From contig JAHDHZ010000006.1 of assembly GCA_020631045.1 (NCBI GenBank), positions 6,469 to 70,468 of the forward strand: 64,000 bases of DNA, written 5' to 3'. The position numbers and the translations under genes are program-made. A model generated the notes under the pieces. It was not told where the DNA came from and ran no database searches. It was given only the letters and a program-made list of their open reading frames with translations. The stretch comes from Flavobacteriales bacterium. GTDB lineage: Bacteria; Bacteroidota; Bacteroidia; Flavobacteriales_G; JALEGO01. Below, piece by piece: positions 55,301-64,000 of the stretch; position 1 is the stretch's first letter; every line of letters starts with the position of its first letter.

Positions 55301-56770
55301 TTGAAAAAATAATTCTTTGCTGTTGCAATTGATCGAATCTTCAATGATAGATAAAGCGACAGGAGGGCAATAAATAACATTGAATTGAAAATCTCGCACA
55401 GTATAACCGATTAGAATGCCGTCTCTATATTCATCAACCCGAACACCAACAACAAATTGGCCTAGGGTAGAGGGATTTATCGTAAGCATGCCAGTGTGTC
55501 TGTCAAGTGAAGTCGCTCCAGTTCCAAGGGCGTTGCTGGCATTGTATCCGTTTACCCAATTCACGGTTTGAAAAATAATAGAGTCATTCTCAGAATATTT
55601 AGGAACATAATCTGGGTATAAAGGGCTGGTGTTTAATTTAGCATCAAAAGGATCGTAAAAGCTGTAGACTAAAGAATCTCCATCAGCATCAGTAGCAGAA
55701 TTATCAAAAACTAATGTTGTGTCAGCACACACGAAAATGGGTGGAAAATTTGTGAAGACTGGGCTTGAGTTACTTGTTATAGATGAGGTGCTTGTACTGG
55801 GTCTAAGTACGAATATGTTGTCAATTAAATACTCTTCGTTAGATCCTGTACAACGCATGAGAATTTTAATCACCAGTTTTGATCCACTGATGTTTTTGTG
55901 TGAAGCAAATAAAGCGTCAAAATTACCTAGATTATCGCCATTAGTTTCAAAGGCAACATCAGTTGCTGATCCGTCAAGATTGTAGTAAAAACGAATGTAG
56001 TCGTTGTTTGGTGGTACGACATCTAAAGGGCCTTCTTCAAGAAAATTAATCAATAAATCAACAGAAGGGTAGCTGCTAATGTCAATTGTATCTGTTGTAA
56101 GCCAATAATCATTTTGTTGAGCTCTTGATAGCTTGTATAAGCCATTTTCTACACCATGCACTATTGTAGAAGGTGCGCTGTGTGATGTGCTCCATGCGGT
56201 AGGACCATTATCTATGGTGTCTCCGTTTGTTAGATTAAAATCTTCATGCCAAATCGAGCGTTCTAAAAGTGTTTCTGTTTGATGTGTCTCGGGAGGGATG
56301 TAAGTGTAAAAACTTTCACCCGCATCTAAGGGAAGGGTAATGTTTGTAATACTCCAGTTTCTGCAACATGTTTGAAAATAAACATGGTATCCAAAAGCAG
56401 GGTCTATGCCAAAAATGGTGTCTTGGTAAATGCCTTCTTCAACACAAATGCCTGGTTTCACAACACAGGTGTCTACGACAGGGTCTAGTTCTCTAATTGA
56501 GATGCGAGGTAGGCTTTGGTCGTATTCCATGACCCCGCCAAATGGGCCTCTAATTCGCGCTGTTGCAAATGAGGGTAGGTCTAAATGAAAGGTGTCTTTA
56601 CCACAATCTCTATATAGTTTTAAGGTAACTATGTAGGTTGAGTCGGCGATTTTTTGATAATCAAAAGCTCCTCCAACAATATGAGTCGCCCAGGTTTGGT
56701 TAAAAAATAATACCGTAAAAATGACGGTGAATATGTTTCTTATTATTTTAAACACAATAAAGCAATTCAA
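52355..56770 (-). CDS. giant gliding-motility-associated (SprB-class) surface protein with T9SS type B C-terminal sorting domain
   Basis: 1471 aa with a TTG start (a GTG at 56755 is also possible). N-terminal domain: THIVGGAFDYQKIADSTYIVTLKLYRDCG...CCRNWSITNI. PKD-like: YSWDFGDTN and WNWDFGNQT. SprB-type repeats: CDSLNGVGFVSASNGSSPYNYQWGN and CFNETSGAATVSAMGGSLPYQYNWD. CTD: TPNVFTPNPNG...MLIFSRWGEIMFE...IGWDGYYKGKLAQQDTYMWKIKA. Confidence 0.8.
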   Translation of the reverse strand: MNCFIVFKIIRNIFTVIFTVLFFNQTWATHIVGGAFDYQKIADSTYIVTLKLYRDCGKDTFHLDLPSFATARIRGPFGGVMEYDQSLPRISIRELDPVVDTCVVKPGICVEEGIYQDTIFGIDPAFGYHVYFQTCCRNWSITNITLPLDAGESFYTYIPPETHQTETLLERSIWHEDFNLTNGDTIDNGPTAWSTSHSAPSTIVHGVENGLYKLSRAQQNDYWLTTDTIDISSYPSVDLLINFLEEGPLDVVPPNNDYIRFYYNLDGSATDVAFETNGDNLGNFDALFASHKNISGSKLVIKILMRCTGSNEEYLIDNIFVLRPSTSTSSITSNSSPVFTNFPPIFVCADTTLVFDNSATDADGDSLVYSFYDPFDAKLNTSPLYPDYVPKYSENDSIIFQTVNWVNGYNASNALGTGATSLDRHTGMLTINPSTLGQFVVGVRVDEYRDGILIGYTVRDFQFNVIYCPPVALSIIEDSINCNSKELFFQSQESAKYGYSWDFGDTNITSDISTDQNPSYTYTEGGDYTITLITNPGTKCADTSYKNIQVKTLEANFEHTTPHCKEDLITFSDSSTSSSNNSITSWNWDFGNQTNASSQNSQLVYDSVGTFEISLIITDPDGCKDTATQSLETHPNPKVSLIDDFNLCRNAEEVVLNSNAENYSSVRWSRIGGYGSFTSSFSTNTRFRLNSLNTTFNVSEITFVIEANSDFCATVYDSVKATFVDPPIAVPQPDSVMCFDYDSIEITSMATDGTLPYTYAWSTLDSTQNIFVDQGTYWFEITDANGCKTDQDTIVVTKIPQPTTIDIIPDTTICFEDLPFNASLSFSNAPGFDWIVSGSANPNLNSTSIQYSPSASEINNLSFTLFAQTQVDTLNCPIKTDSITVGIGRISLSIDSVIPDCDSLNGVGFVSASNGSSPYNYQWGNSSNNQTTDSATQLAPTWHYITVTDQIGCSTIDSINLENNQPTLSITDTTHVNCFNETSGAATVSAMGGSLPYQYNWDAQTQNQTGQTASNLGIGIYRVTLTDGVGCRVSIPVEILDLSGGQIFTVVSNDDTLCPNDSYNLTASASGGNGGPYTYDWNNGWGSGENINVTVSNSTLYQVVAYDKDGCPSLPDSVYLNVRVFNPDSLLIDAENVCQGSTSNIEASYQGTLGPYTYTWNNGLPSGNGPHSVTILDTTIYSVTVTDQCNNQVVNQRTIFAYPYPTIRNNGLLSGCQPFSLSLSDSATNPDVDFYQWEMGDGTTYNTPSINHTYNEANTFVIQLSMASIYGCTTNFDTTALVTVHPKPQANCSATPIITDTDNPDVTFTTDFYSSYFWDFGDLSTQADTSISKTDVYTYQDTGNYLAQVYVATEFNCKDTCEVIVRVNPAISIKTPNVFTPNPNGPNGGVYDKTNPSNEVFFPFTDYVTEFHMLIFSRWGEIMFETFDINIGWDGYYKGKLAQQDTYMWKIKATFIDGQQKTLTGDVTLVR

Positions 56771-56904
56771 AAAGCGTTTTACGCAGAAAAATGCATATAG
56801 TTACAAGATAAATTTTTTTTTCATGTTTGTAGGGCTTTTGAGTAGAAAAACTCTATCTTTAATAAGATCTGTTAGACTCATCTAATGAGTGGTTTAGGCA
56901 AAAA

Positions 56905-59070
56905 ATGAAAAATTTAGATCAAGCACTAAAAAAGTATTTTGGATTTGATTCTTTTCGAGCAAATCAACAGCAAATCATAGAACACTTACTCTCAGGTAAT
57001 AATACCTTTGTCATTAAACCAACTGGTGGAGGTAAGTCACTTTGTTATCAATTGCCAGCTTTGGTCAGTGAAGGAACTGCTCTGGTTATATCTCCATTGA
57101 TTGCATTGATGAAAAATCAAGTTGATGCCATGCGAGCCAGATCGATAGATGATTCAGTTGCGCATTTTTTGAATTCATCGCTTGAAAAAGATCAGATTGA
57201 TCAAGTGAAAAAAGATGTACTTGAACAAAAGACGAAACTCTTGTACATTGCCCCTGAGTCTTTGCAAAAAAAATCTGTGCAAACTTTTTTATCAAAGGCT
57301 CATATTTCTTTTGTAGCTGTAGATGAGGCGCATTGTATTTCTGAATGGGGGCATGATTTTAGACCCGAATACAGAAAGATTAAGCAAGTCATAGAAAGCT
57401 TGTGTGGTCCAAAGGCATTTATTGCTCTCACAGCAACGGCTACCTTGAAAGTGCAACAAGATATTTTAAACAATTTAGGCATTGAAAATGCACAAGTATT
57501 TAAAAGTTCTTTCAATCGATTGAATCTTTTTTACAATGTTACTTCAAAGCAAAATTTAGAGAGTAAACTCATCGGTTTTGTAAAAAAGTACGCAGGCAAG
57601 TCAGGCATTGTATATTGCATGAGTAGAAAAAAGGTTGAGCAAGTCACTGAGTTACTAAATTTGAATGGAGTCAGTGCAGTAGCTTATCACGCAGGATTTG
57701 ATAGAGATCAAAGAGCTGAAAACCAAGAGTTGTTTATTAAAGACAAAGTCAATGTTATTGTTGCAACCATTGCTTTTGGAATGGGCATTGATAAACCCAA
57801 TGTTCGATTTGTTGTGCACTATGATTTACCAAAAACAATAGAGAGTTACTATCAAGAGACAGGTAGGGCGGGTAGAGATGGCTTACCTTCTGAGTGCTTG
57901 ACCTTCTTTAGTCAAGAAGATGTCGAGAAGTTTGAGCATTTTATTTCAAAGAAAAATGCAGTTGAAGAGCTAAAACATCGTTTTCTGTTAGATCAAGTTG
58001 TGCATTTTTTTGAGTCAGGGATCTGTAGAAGAAAATTCATACTCAAATATTTCGGAGAAGATTTTCAAGTAAAAGATTGCGCAAAGCATTGTGATAATTG
58101 TAATTATGATGCCGAACAGACAAATATTGAAAATGGATTAAAGCAACTTTTTTTAGCGATTCAGGTTATGAAAGAACAAGCTTCGTCAAAACAATTAGAG
58201 TATTTTTTGAAAGGAAATCTTTCTCCAATAATAAAACAATATGAATTTGATCAACATGCCGTTTTTGGTGCTTTAAAGCAGTATGATTCAGAGCAAATCA
58301 AAGCATTGATTATCAATGCTTATGTTGAAGGTTATACTGATCTGAACTTCAACGAGTCTGCTTATTATTCAAATACTCAAAAGTCTTTTGATCAAGATTT
58401 TAGCATTGTGATGAACCGTGATTTGAATGCTCAAGATAATTTACCTTCAAAAGCTTCTCAAAAACAAAACATTGAATATGACAAGAATTTATTTGAGCTT
58501 TTAAACAAAGAGGTACGCCAAATTGCAGAGCTCAACAATTTACCCCCTTATGTTGTTTTTTCTGAGGTTTCTATAATTGAAATGGCATCAAAATATCCTA
58601 CATCAGAACAAGAAATGGTCTCCATAACAGGAGTCGGTGCAGGAAAAGCTAAGAAATATGCAGCTTCACTCATTAAAATTGTACAAGACTTTGTAGAGCA
58701 AAACAACATTGAAAAACAAGAGCATTTTGCAATTAAAACCATTGCCAATAAGTCAGTACACAAAATTCATATCATTCAAAGTATTGATCGTAAAATGCCC
58801 TTTGAAGACATTGCCGGGGCCAAGAAGTTAAGCATTGATGAATTGCTCAGTCAAATTGAAATTATTGTAGAATCAGGTACAAAGGTGAACATTGATTATT
58901 ACTTGAATGATTTGTTCGATGAAGATCAGCAAGAAGATTTTATAGAGTACTTCAAAGAAACAGAAAGTGATTGTGTAGATTCTGCAGTTGAAGAATTTGA
59001 AGATGAAGGCTATTCGCGTGAAGACATTCGATTGATGCGCATCCACTTTTTATCAAAATACGCTCATTAA
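56905..59070 (+). CDS. recQ: ATP-dependent DNA helicase RecQ
   Basis: KPTGGGKSLCYQLPA, DEAHCISEWGHDFRPEY, ATIAFGMGIDKPNVRFVVHYD, QETGRAGRDG, a Zn-binding CRR...C..CDNC, and a C-terminal HRDC-like region. Confidence 0.93.
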   Translation: MKNLDQALKKYFGFDSFRANQQQIIEHLLSGNNTFVIKPTGGGKSLCYQLPALVSEGTALVISPLIALMKNQVDAMRARSIDDSVAHFLNSSLEKDQIDQVKKDVLEQKTKLLYIAPESLQKKSVQTFLSKAHISFVAVDEAHCISEWGHDFRPEYRKIKQVIESLCGPKAFIALTATATLKVQQDILNNLGIENAQVFKSSFNRLNLFYNVTSKQNLESKLIGFVKKYAGKSGIVYCMSRKKVEQVTELLNLNGVSAVAYHAGFDRDQRAENQELFIKDKVNVIVATIAFGMGIDKPNVRFVVHYDLPKTIESYYQETGRAGRDGLPSECLTFFSQEDVEKFEHFISKKNAVEELKHRFLLDQVVHFFESGICRRKFILKYFGEDFQVKDCAKHCDNCNYDAEQTNIENGLKQLFLAIQVMKEQASSKQLEYFLKGNLSPIIKQYEFDQHAVFGALKQYDSEQIKALIINAYVEGYTDLNFNESAYYSNTQKSFDQDFSIVMNRDLNAQDNLPSKASQKQNIEYDKNLFELLNKEVRQIAELNNLPPYVVFSEVSIIEMASKYPTSEQEMVSITGVGAGKAKKYAASLIKIVQDFVEQNNIEKQEHFAIKTIANKSVHKIHIIQSIDRKMPFEDIAGAKKLSIDELLSQIEIIVESGTKVNIDYYLNDLFDEDQQEDFIEYFKETESDCVDSAVEEFEDEGYSREDIRLMRIHFLSKYAH

Positions 59071-60047
59071 TTGAATGTACTGATATAAGCTGCTAAGTCT
59101 TCGATTTGTTGATCAGAAAGGCGCTCTTTAGTATAGTGAGGCATATAAGGTTTGTATCCTGCAACAGGGTGCGTACCATATCTTGTGATCCAATAGATTG
59201 AATACTTGTTGTAGGTATCTAAATTTTTAGCTAAAAACTTTAAATCAATAGAGCTAACATCTAAGGTGAAGTTGGTCACTCCTTTTGAGCTGTTGTGGCA
59301 ATGCATACAGCTTTTTTCATAAATATACCTTCCGTGTTCGGGGCTTCCTTTTTTTGTACGAACCTGCATTTGATCTACAAAAGTAGCAGGCGAGTATTGC
59401 AAATATTTAGATTTAATAAGATCAATTGCTTGGTTGTTGCTTTGATTGTGGATGGCTTCTTTTTCTTGTTTTGTGAGGATTAGATCTTCAAATTTGAGCT
59501 CAAGAGTCCATAAATAATGTAAAACTGCATTGAGTTCTTCTTTGTTGAGTGCTCGTCCTTGAGCACACTCAGTGGCGCAAAGTTGAATGGCGTTTTCAAG
59601 ATTTTTATTTGCCTTTTCAACCTTTGAGCCATATTTCTTGACGTAATCTCCATTGTAATAACTTTCTCGATTTACAATGCCCCACAGTGTGGTTCCTTGC
59701 AAAAAAGGTAAGTCGTTTTTAAGACCGTATTTTAATCGGTCTTCTGGTGTTGGATGGCTTAAGTTATCGTCTTCTCTCACTACATTGTGACAACTTCTAC
59801 AAGTAAAGTGTTTAGATTGTCTTTTTTTGTTTAGGTTGGATTGCCCATTGTGTATAATTTCATAGCCATATCTTGCAAGTTGTGTGTCTATTTTGGTAAT
59901 TTCATGAGTTACAGGACTCAGGCCTAATTGCTTCAATGCGTTGTAAACTGAACTGTTTTCTGAAAACTTTAGCTTGTCTTTTTTCGGGGCAAAAAGTGTA
60001 AAAGCAAATAAAGTAAAAACCAACATAAAAAGAGCAAGATTTTTCAT
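59067..60047 (-). CDS. secreted dihaem c-type cytochrome
   Basis: 326 aa with a signal peptide and two CxxCH haem-binding motifs (CRSCH, CMHCH). The subfamily is not recognised. Confidence 0.65.
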   Translation of the reverse strand: MKNLALFMLVFTLFAFTLFAPKKDKLKFSENSSVYNALKQLGLSPVTHEITKIDTQLARYGYEIIHNGQSNLNKKRQSKHFTCRSCHNVVREDDNLSHPTPEDRLKYGLKNDLPFLQGTTLWGIVNRESYYNGDYVKKYGSKVEKANKNLENAIQLCATECAQGRALNKEELNAVLHYLWTLELKFEDLILTKQEKEAIHNQSNNQAIDLIKSKYLQYSPATFVDQMQVRTKKGSPEHGRYIYEKSCMHCHNSSKGVTNFTLDVSSIDLKFLAKNLDTYNKYSIYWITRYGTHPVAGYKPYMPHYTKERLSDQQIEDLAAYISTFN

Positions 60048-60088
60048 AGCTGTAGATAATGAGCTTCAAATTTATCTAAATTTGATGT

Positions 60089-61585
60089 ATGTCAAAAAAA
60101 GATCATTTTGATTTATGTGTTATCGGAGCAGGACCAGCTGGTTATGCTGCAGCTATGCGCGCCATAGATTTTGGTAAAAAAGTAGCTTTAATTGAGAAGC
60201 ATAAGATTGGTGGGGCAGGAATCTACAACGGAGCATTGACTTCAAAAACAATGTGGGAACTTTCAGAAAAAGTCGCTTACATCAACGATACCTTAGAGGC
60301 ACACAAGCAGCAAAAATACGAAGTGTCTTGGTCTGAGGTAATCAAAACCTTGACTGAAGCTGTTTTTGAAAAAAAATTACAGTACTCAGTGCACTTAAAA
60401 CTGTTGCAACAAGAAAAACATCAGAATGAGTTCTCATACATCAAAGGAAAAGCTAGTTTACTTGATCAGCATACTATTCAAATACATTCAAAAGACAATC
60501 ATTCAAAAGAAATTTCTGCTGATCATATTATTATTGCTACGGGCTCAAGGCCAAGAAAATTAGACCACATTCAGGTTGATGAGCAAGTGATTATGACCAG
60601 TGACGGCATTCATTCTATGAATGATTATCCGAAGAGCTTGGTGATACTTGGTGCTGGAGTAATTGGATGTGAGTATGCGACCATTTTCTCAAACTTTGGT
60701 AAAACAAAGGTGTACTTGATCGACAGGGCCGATCGCATATTGCCCTTTGAAGATGATGATTTGGCTGAAGTAGTTACTAAAAGTTTATGTGAAAGAGGGG
60801 TAACTATTCATCAATGCGCAAACCTAGTGCGTATGCAACAGAAAGATGGAGGAGTAGAATACGAGATTGAGCACAATAAGACAGGTAAGAGAGAAGTCAT
60901 TCAAGTAGAAAAAGCATTACTCTCAATCGGAAGAGTACCCAATATTGAACACTTAGGGATGAATCGTTTAGGTCTTAAAATGGGTAAAAGAGGAAGACAC
61001 ATTGGTGATGATGATACCCAGACAAACATTGAAAACATTTATGCGGTTGGTGATGTTTCAGGCCACATCGCCCTGGTCAATGTCGGAGAAGTTGAAGCTC
61101 GTCATGCGGTTGAAAAAATTTACGCTGAGAAAACCAAAAGGTTGAGTTATGATAATGTATCAACCATTATGTTTTTAAAGCCTGAGGTAGCTTCGGTGGG
61201 CGTCAATGAAAAACATTGTGTCGAACAAAATATCAATGTTCGAGTGGTGAAACTTGATTATTCAGTAATCACAAGAGCTATTGCTATGCGTAGTACAGAA
61301 GGATTTTTTAAAATCATCGTAACAGATGACGATGAAATGAAGATCTTGGGTATGCGTGCGATTGGTGCACATGCTTCTAGTGCGATTCAAGGAGTTGCTT
61401 TACTGATAAAAATGAACAAAGGGATAGAAGAGTTGGCTGAAATGGTGCATCCTCATCCATCCATCACAGAAGGCATACAAGAATGCGTGCGTATGCTGTT
61501 AAAAACCTCAATGCTCAAGCCAGAAGTATTTAGTGATAAGCTACATTGTTACAGGTTAATCAACGGAGAAAAGCTGTCATTTTGA
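60089..61585 (+). CDS. class I pyridine-nucleotide-disulfide-oxidoreductase-family flavoprotein (dihydrolipoyl dehydrogenase-like) lacking the redox-active cysteine pair
   Basis: 498 aa. FAD GxGxxG: DLCVIGAGPAGYAAA. NAD site: ILGAGVIGCEYA. AVGDV is present, as is the C-terminal dimerisation-domain HPHPSITEG. The CxxxxC site reads GGAGIYNGALTSK, with no Cys. Confidence 0.75.
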   Translation: MSKKDHFDLCVIGAGPAGYAAAMRAIDFGKKVALIEKHKIGGAGIYNGALTSKTMWELSEKVAYINDTLEAHKQQKYEVSWSEVIKTLTEAVFEKKLQYSVHLKLLQQEKHQNEFSYIKGKASLLDQHTIQIHSKDNHSKEISADHIIIATGSRPRKLDHIQVDEQVIMTSDGIHSMNDYPKSLVILGAGVIGCEYATIFSNFGKTKVYLIDRADRILPFEDDDLAEVVTKSLCERGVTIHQCANLVRMQQKDGGVEYEIEHNKTGKREVIQVEKALLSIGRVPNIEHLGMNRLGLKMGKRGRHIGDDDTQTNIENIYAVGDVSGHIALVNVGEVEARHAVEKIYAEKTKRLSYDNVSTIMFLKPEVASVGVNEKHCVEQNINVRVVKLDYSVITRAIAMRSTEGFFKIIVTDDDEMKILGMRAIGAHASSAIQGVALLIKMNKGIEELAEMVHPHPSITEGIQECVRMLLKTSMLKPEVFSDKLHCYRLINGEKLSF

Positions 61586-63831
61586 GAAATCTCATTGTAC
61601 AAATACTGGTTCTTTTTGTGCTCAATTCTTTTGCTCAACCTGACCAAAGATGGGTGCAAAAAGCTAAAGAGGCTGAAAGCTATGCAGACTATCTAGCTGC
61701 TGCTGAGTACTACAAAGCTGCTTATGAATTAAATGGCTCAAATCTAGAGCACCTGCACAACAGAGCAATGGCTTTTTTGTGGGCCAATGATTATGTAAGA
61801 GCAAAAACTGTGTTTAAAAAAGTAGTTGAGCTAGATCTTAAAAAGAGTTTTGCAGAGAGTTATTTTTGGCTGGCTAGAATGCATAAATATGCTTATGATT
61901 TTGAGCAGGCATCAAATATGTTTAGTGCATTTTCAAAAACATATCGACGAGCTTCGGCCAAATTAAAGCGTGCTGCAAAAAATGAAATTTTTGCTTGTAA
62001 AGAAGCCAAAAAAATTATCGATCAAGAGCATGATGTCGACTTGAAAAGATTTCCTGATCATTTAAATTCTCAGTTAGCAGATTTTGCGCCAAGATATTCT
62101 GGCAATAACCAAGTGAATTTTAGTGCACTTGATTTTCAACAAATTGCAAAAGACGGAAAGATTTCAAAAAAAGAGGCAAAAGATCAAAAGATTCAAATTT
62201 TTACAACGCAGTTTGACCTGAAAACTGAGCAATTTTCTAAGAAAAAGAAACTAGATGCAGTGATCAATAATTTAAGTTTTAACAATGCCAATGCTTTTTT
62301 TGCACCATGGCAAAACACAGTTTATTTTTCAAGATGTAATGACCTTGAATGTAAGATTTATTTCGCTGAAAAAAAGAACAACGAGTACGTGATTCCTAAA
62401 GAGATTGAAGGAGCTGTAAATGTTGAGGGTGCTAGCAGTACACAACCTTTTTTGTTCAAGTATAAGAAACATACTTACATGTTGTTTGCTTCGAATAAAA
62501 AAGGCTCAAAAGGCGGATTTGATTTATACCTTTCAAAACAATTAAGCCCAGGTAAGTTTAGTGCTGTTAAGAATTTAGGCAGAAACATCAATACTGATCA
62601 AGACGAAGTGGCTCCTTTTTATGATACGCTTAACGATGTACTTTATTTTAGCTCAAATGGACATTTAGGTTTGGGTGGATTTGACATATTCAAGTCAGAG
62701 GGCTCTGTCAAAAAATTTGAGATGGCCCAAAATATTGGCATTCCTTTTAATAGCGCTTATCAAGACTTATATTACTCAGTATATGATGATTCATTAGGAT
62801 TTTTAAGTTCTAATAGACCAACACAGACAAGTAAAGGCGATTCAAGTGTATGTTGTAGCGATTTGTTTTATTTCAAAAAAGACCTAAATAAGTCTTCGGC
62901 AAATGACTCTATTTCAGATAGTTTGATAGTAGCTAGACAATTAAGGCAAATTCAATCGTATTTGCCAACGCTTTATTTTGACAATGATCACCCAAATCCA
63001 AAGACCATTGATACGACAACAGACTTGACTTACATTCAAACTTACGACGCATATGTGAAGCGGGTAGAGGTCTATAAGCAAGAGTACAGTAAAGGATTGC
63101 CTGATTCTGTGTTACAAGATGCAAAAAATGAAATGCAAGATTTTTTCAAGCACTATGTTGACCAAGGTTTAAAAGATCTAGATCTATTTATGAAGCATCT
63201 TTCAAAAGCACTTGAGAGTGGATCAGCTTTTCAATTAAAGATCAAAGGCTATGCCTCACCTTTAGCCAAGAGTGATTATAACGAGAAGTTGACTTTGAGA
63301 AGAATTGCTTCATTGATCAATTATATTAAGGCCTATGATGGTCAAAAACTCAAGAAGTATGTTGATCAAAACATCTTGAGTTTTGAGAAGGTTCCTTTTG
63401 GTGAATACAAAGCTGATCAGAGTGTTAGTGATGATTATGACGACAAACAAAACTCAGTGTACAGTATTCAGGCAGCTAAAGAAAGAAAGATTGAGGTGCT
63501 GTCAGTTGAATTAAATAAAACAGAGCAGCCAGTGCTGCTTGTAGATTCTGTCATTGATTTGGGTAAAGTAAAGCAATCACAGATACATAAGGGGAGTATT
63601 TTACTGAAGAATAATTCATCACAAGAGTTAGTGATTTACAGCATTGAGTCAGATTGCAGTTGTACGGTTGCTGATCAATCACAAATATCATTGCAGCCTG
63701 GTGCATCTTCAGAGTTGAATTTCACCATCCATCCTAAACAAAAAGGCCTATTTTTAAGAGCTTTAAGTTTGCAATATTCAGGTATTGTGCAACAATCTAA
63801 AATTATACGCGTAAAGGCTGAAGTGTATTGA
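61546..63831 (+). CDS. secreted multidomain protein: TPR-like N-terminus, TolB/PD40-like beta-propeller region, OmpA-like segment, C-terminal DUF1573-like domain
   Basis: 761 aa with signal peptide ILVLFVLNSFAQ. PD40-like units: DEVAPFYD...LYFSSN. OmpA-like: IKGYASPLAKSDYNEKLTLRRIASLINYI. DUF1573-like: GKVKQSQIHKGSILLKNNSSQELVIYSIESDCSCTV. The start is uncertain, with a TTG at 61582 as an alternative to the ATG at 61546. Confidence 0.65.
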   Translation: MLQVNQRRKAVILRNLIVQILVLFVLNSFAQPDQRWVQKAKEAESYADYLAAAEYYKAAYELNGSNLEHLHNRAMAFLWANDYVRAKTVFKKVVELDLKKSFAESYFWLARMHKYAYDFEQASNMFSAFSKTYRRASAKLKRAAKNEIFACKEAKKIIDQEHDVDLKRFPDHLNSQLADFAPRYSGNNQVNFSALDFQQIAKDGKISKKEAKDQKIQIFTTQFDLKTEQFSKKKKLDAVINNLSFNNANAFFAPWQNTVYFSRCNDLECKIYFAEKKNNEYVIPKEIEGAVNVEGASSTQPFLFKYKKHTYMLFASNKKGSKGGFDLYLSKQLSPGKFSAVKNLGRNINTDQDEVAPFYDTLNDVLYFSSNGHLGLGGFDIFKSEGSVKKFEMAQNIGIPFNSAYQDLYYSVYDDSLGFLSSNRPTQTSKGDSSVCCSDLFYFKKDLNKSSANDSISDSLIVARQLRQIQSYLPTLYFDNDHPNPKTIDTTTDLTYIQTYDAYVKRVEVYKQEYSKGLPDSVLQDAKNEMQDFFKHYVDQGLKDLDLFMKHLSKALESGSAFQLKIKGYASPLAKSDYNEKLTLRRIASLINYIKAYDGQKLKKYVDQNILSFEKVPFGEYKADQSVSDDYDDKQNSVYSIQAAKERKIEVLSVELNKTEQPVLLVDSVIDLGKVKQSQIHKGSILLKNNSSQELVIYSIESDCSCTVADQSQISLQPGASSELNFTIHPKQKGLFLRALSLQYSGIVQQSKIIRVKAEVY

Positions 63832-63838
63832 GTAAATT

Positions 63839-63860
63839 CTACTAAGAAATTAGTAGTTTT
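63839..63860 (+). terminator. weak AT-rich terminator hairpin
   Basis: ctactaa (63839-63845) pairs with ttagtag (63850-63856) around a 4-nt loop, followed by TTTT. It lies 8 nt after the stop at 63831. Confidence 0.35.
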
Positions 63861-63883
63861 ACTAAAAATTAAAAATCAAAATT

Positions 63884-64000
63884 ATGAAATCAATTGTATT
63901 AGGATTGTCAATGGTGTTCGCGTTTTCAACTTTTTGTAACGCTCAAGAAGATGTGAAATTAAAAACAGTAGAAAAAACAGAGGCTAAAGCTTGTGCTCCT
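63884..64000 (+). CDS. secreted protein, N-terminal fragment (runs off window)
   Basis: Own translation from the ATG at 63884: MKSIVLGLSMVFAFSTFCNAQEDVKLKTVEKTEAKACAP. This is a typical signal peptide and the frame stays open to the window edge. Confidence 0.55.
   Translation, partial: MKSIVLGLSMVFAFSTFCNAQEDVKLKTVEKTEAKACAP

Overview
AT-rich chromosomal segment of a Bacteroidota genome, most likely class Flavobacteriia. This is inferred from T9SS type A and type B C-terminal sorting domains, a PorP/SprF gene, an XrtF-type exosortase, bshC and TAnnTTTG -7 boxes. I call about 46 protein genes. I found no rRNA, tRNA, CRISPR array, transposase or integrase. Housekeeping genes (E1 dehydrogenase fragment, aroQ, rpmG, ftsY, rimO, bshC, guaA, ftnA, thiL, gyrB, recQ) are interleaved with seven giant secreted T9SS cargo genes of 777-1471 aa. 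Summing their ORF lengths gives 25,347 nt, about 40% of the window. The best candidate for an undescribed system is 32134-33324 on the minus strand. It holds a 74-aa TTG-initiated ORF that is little more than a signal peptide, a Pro/Cys-rich core (PPPPPAGGSTPPCWPPPC) and a 'PID-GG + TM helix + basic tail' exosortase-type sorting signal. This ORF lies immediately 5' of, and overlaps, an XrtF-like exosortase and its XrtF-associated membrane partner. Three further features surround the trio: it starts 9 nt after a 1423-aa T9SS adhesin; it converges on, with a 101-nt overlap, an SdpA/SdpB-like (DUF5819 + HTTM) membrane pair; and it is flanked by a fused membrane/spermidine-synthase-like gene. Other notable signals: (a) three tandem paralogous T9SS cargo genes (18766-29406) built from one Cys-bracketed ~95-105-aa module; (b) a perfect 2 x 237-bp in-frame tandem duplication in an M43-like metalloprotease; (c) G8/C8/C7 homopolymer tracts inside three cargo genes; (d) a C-rich codon-usage island and a low-complexity insertion inside bshC; (e) a CUB-like + proprotein-convertase P-domain type B cargo; (f) one PorP/SprF gene wedged between two convergent type B cargo genes; (g) a dihydrolipoyl-dehydrogenase homologue lacking both redox cysteines. 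All functional calls come from reading motifs by eye. No database search was run.
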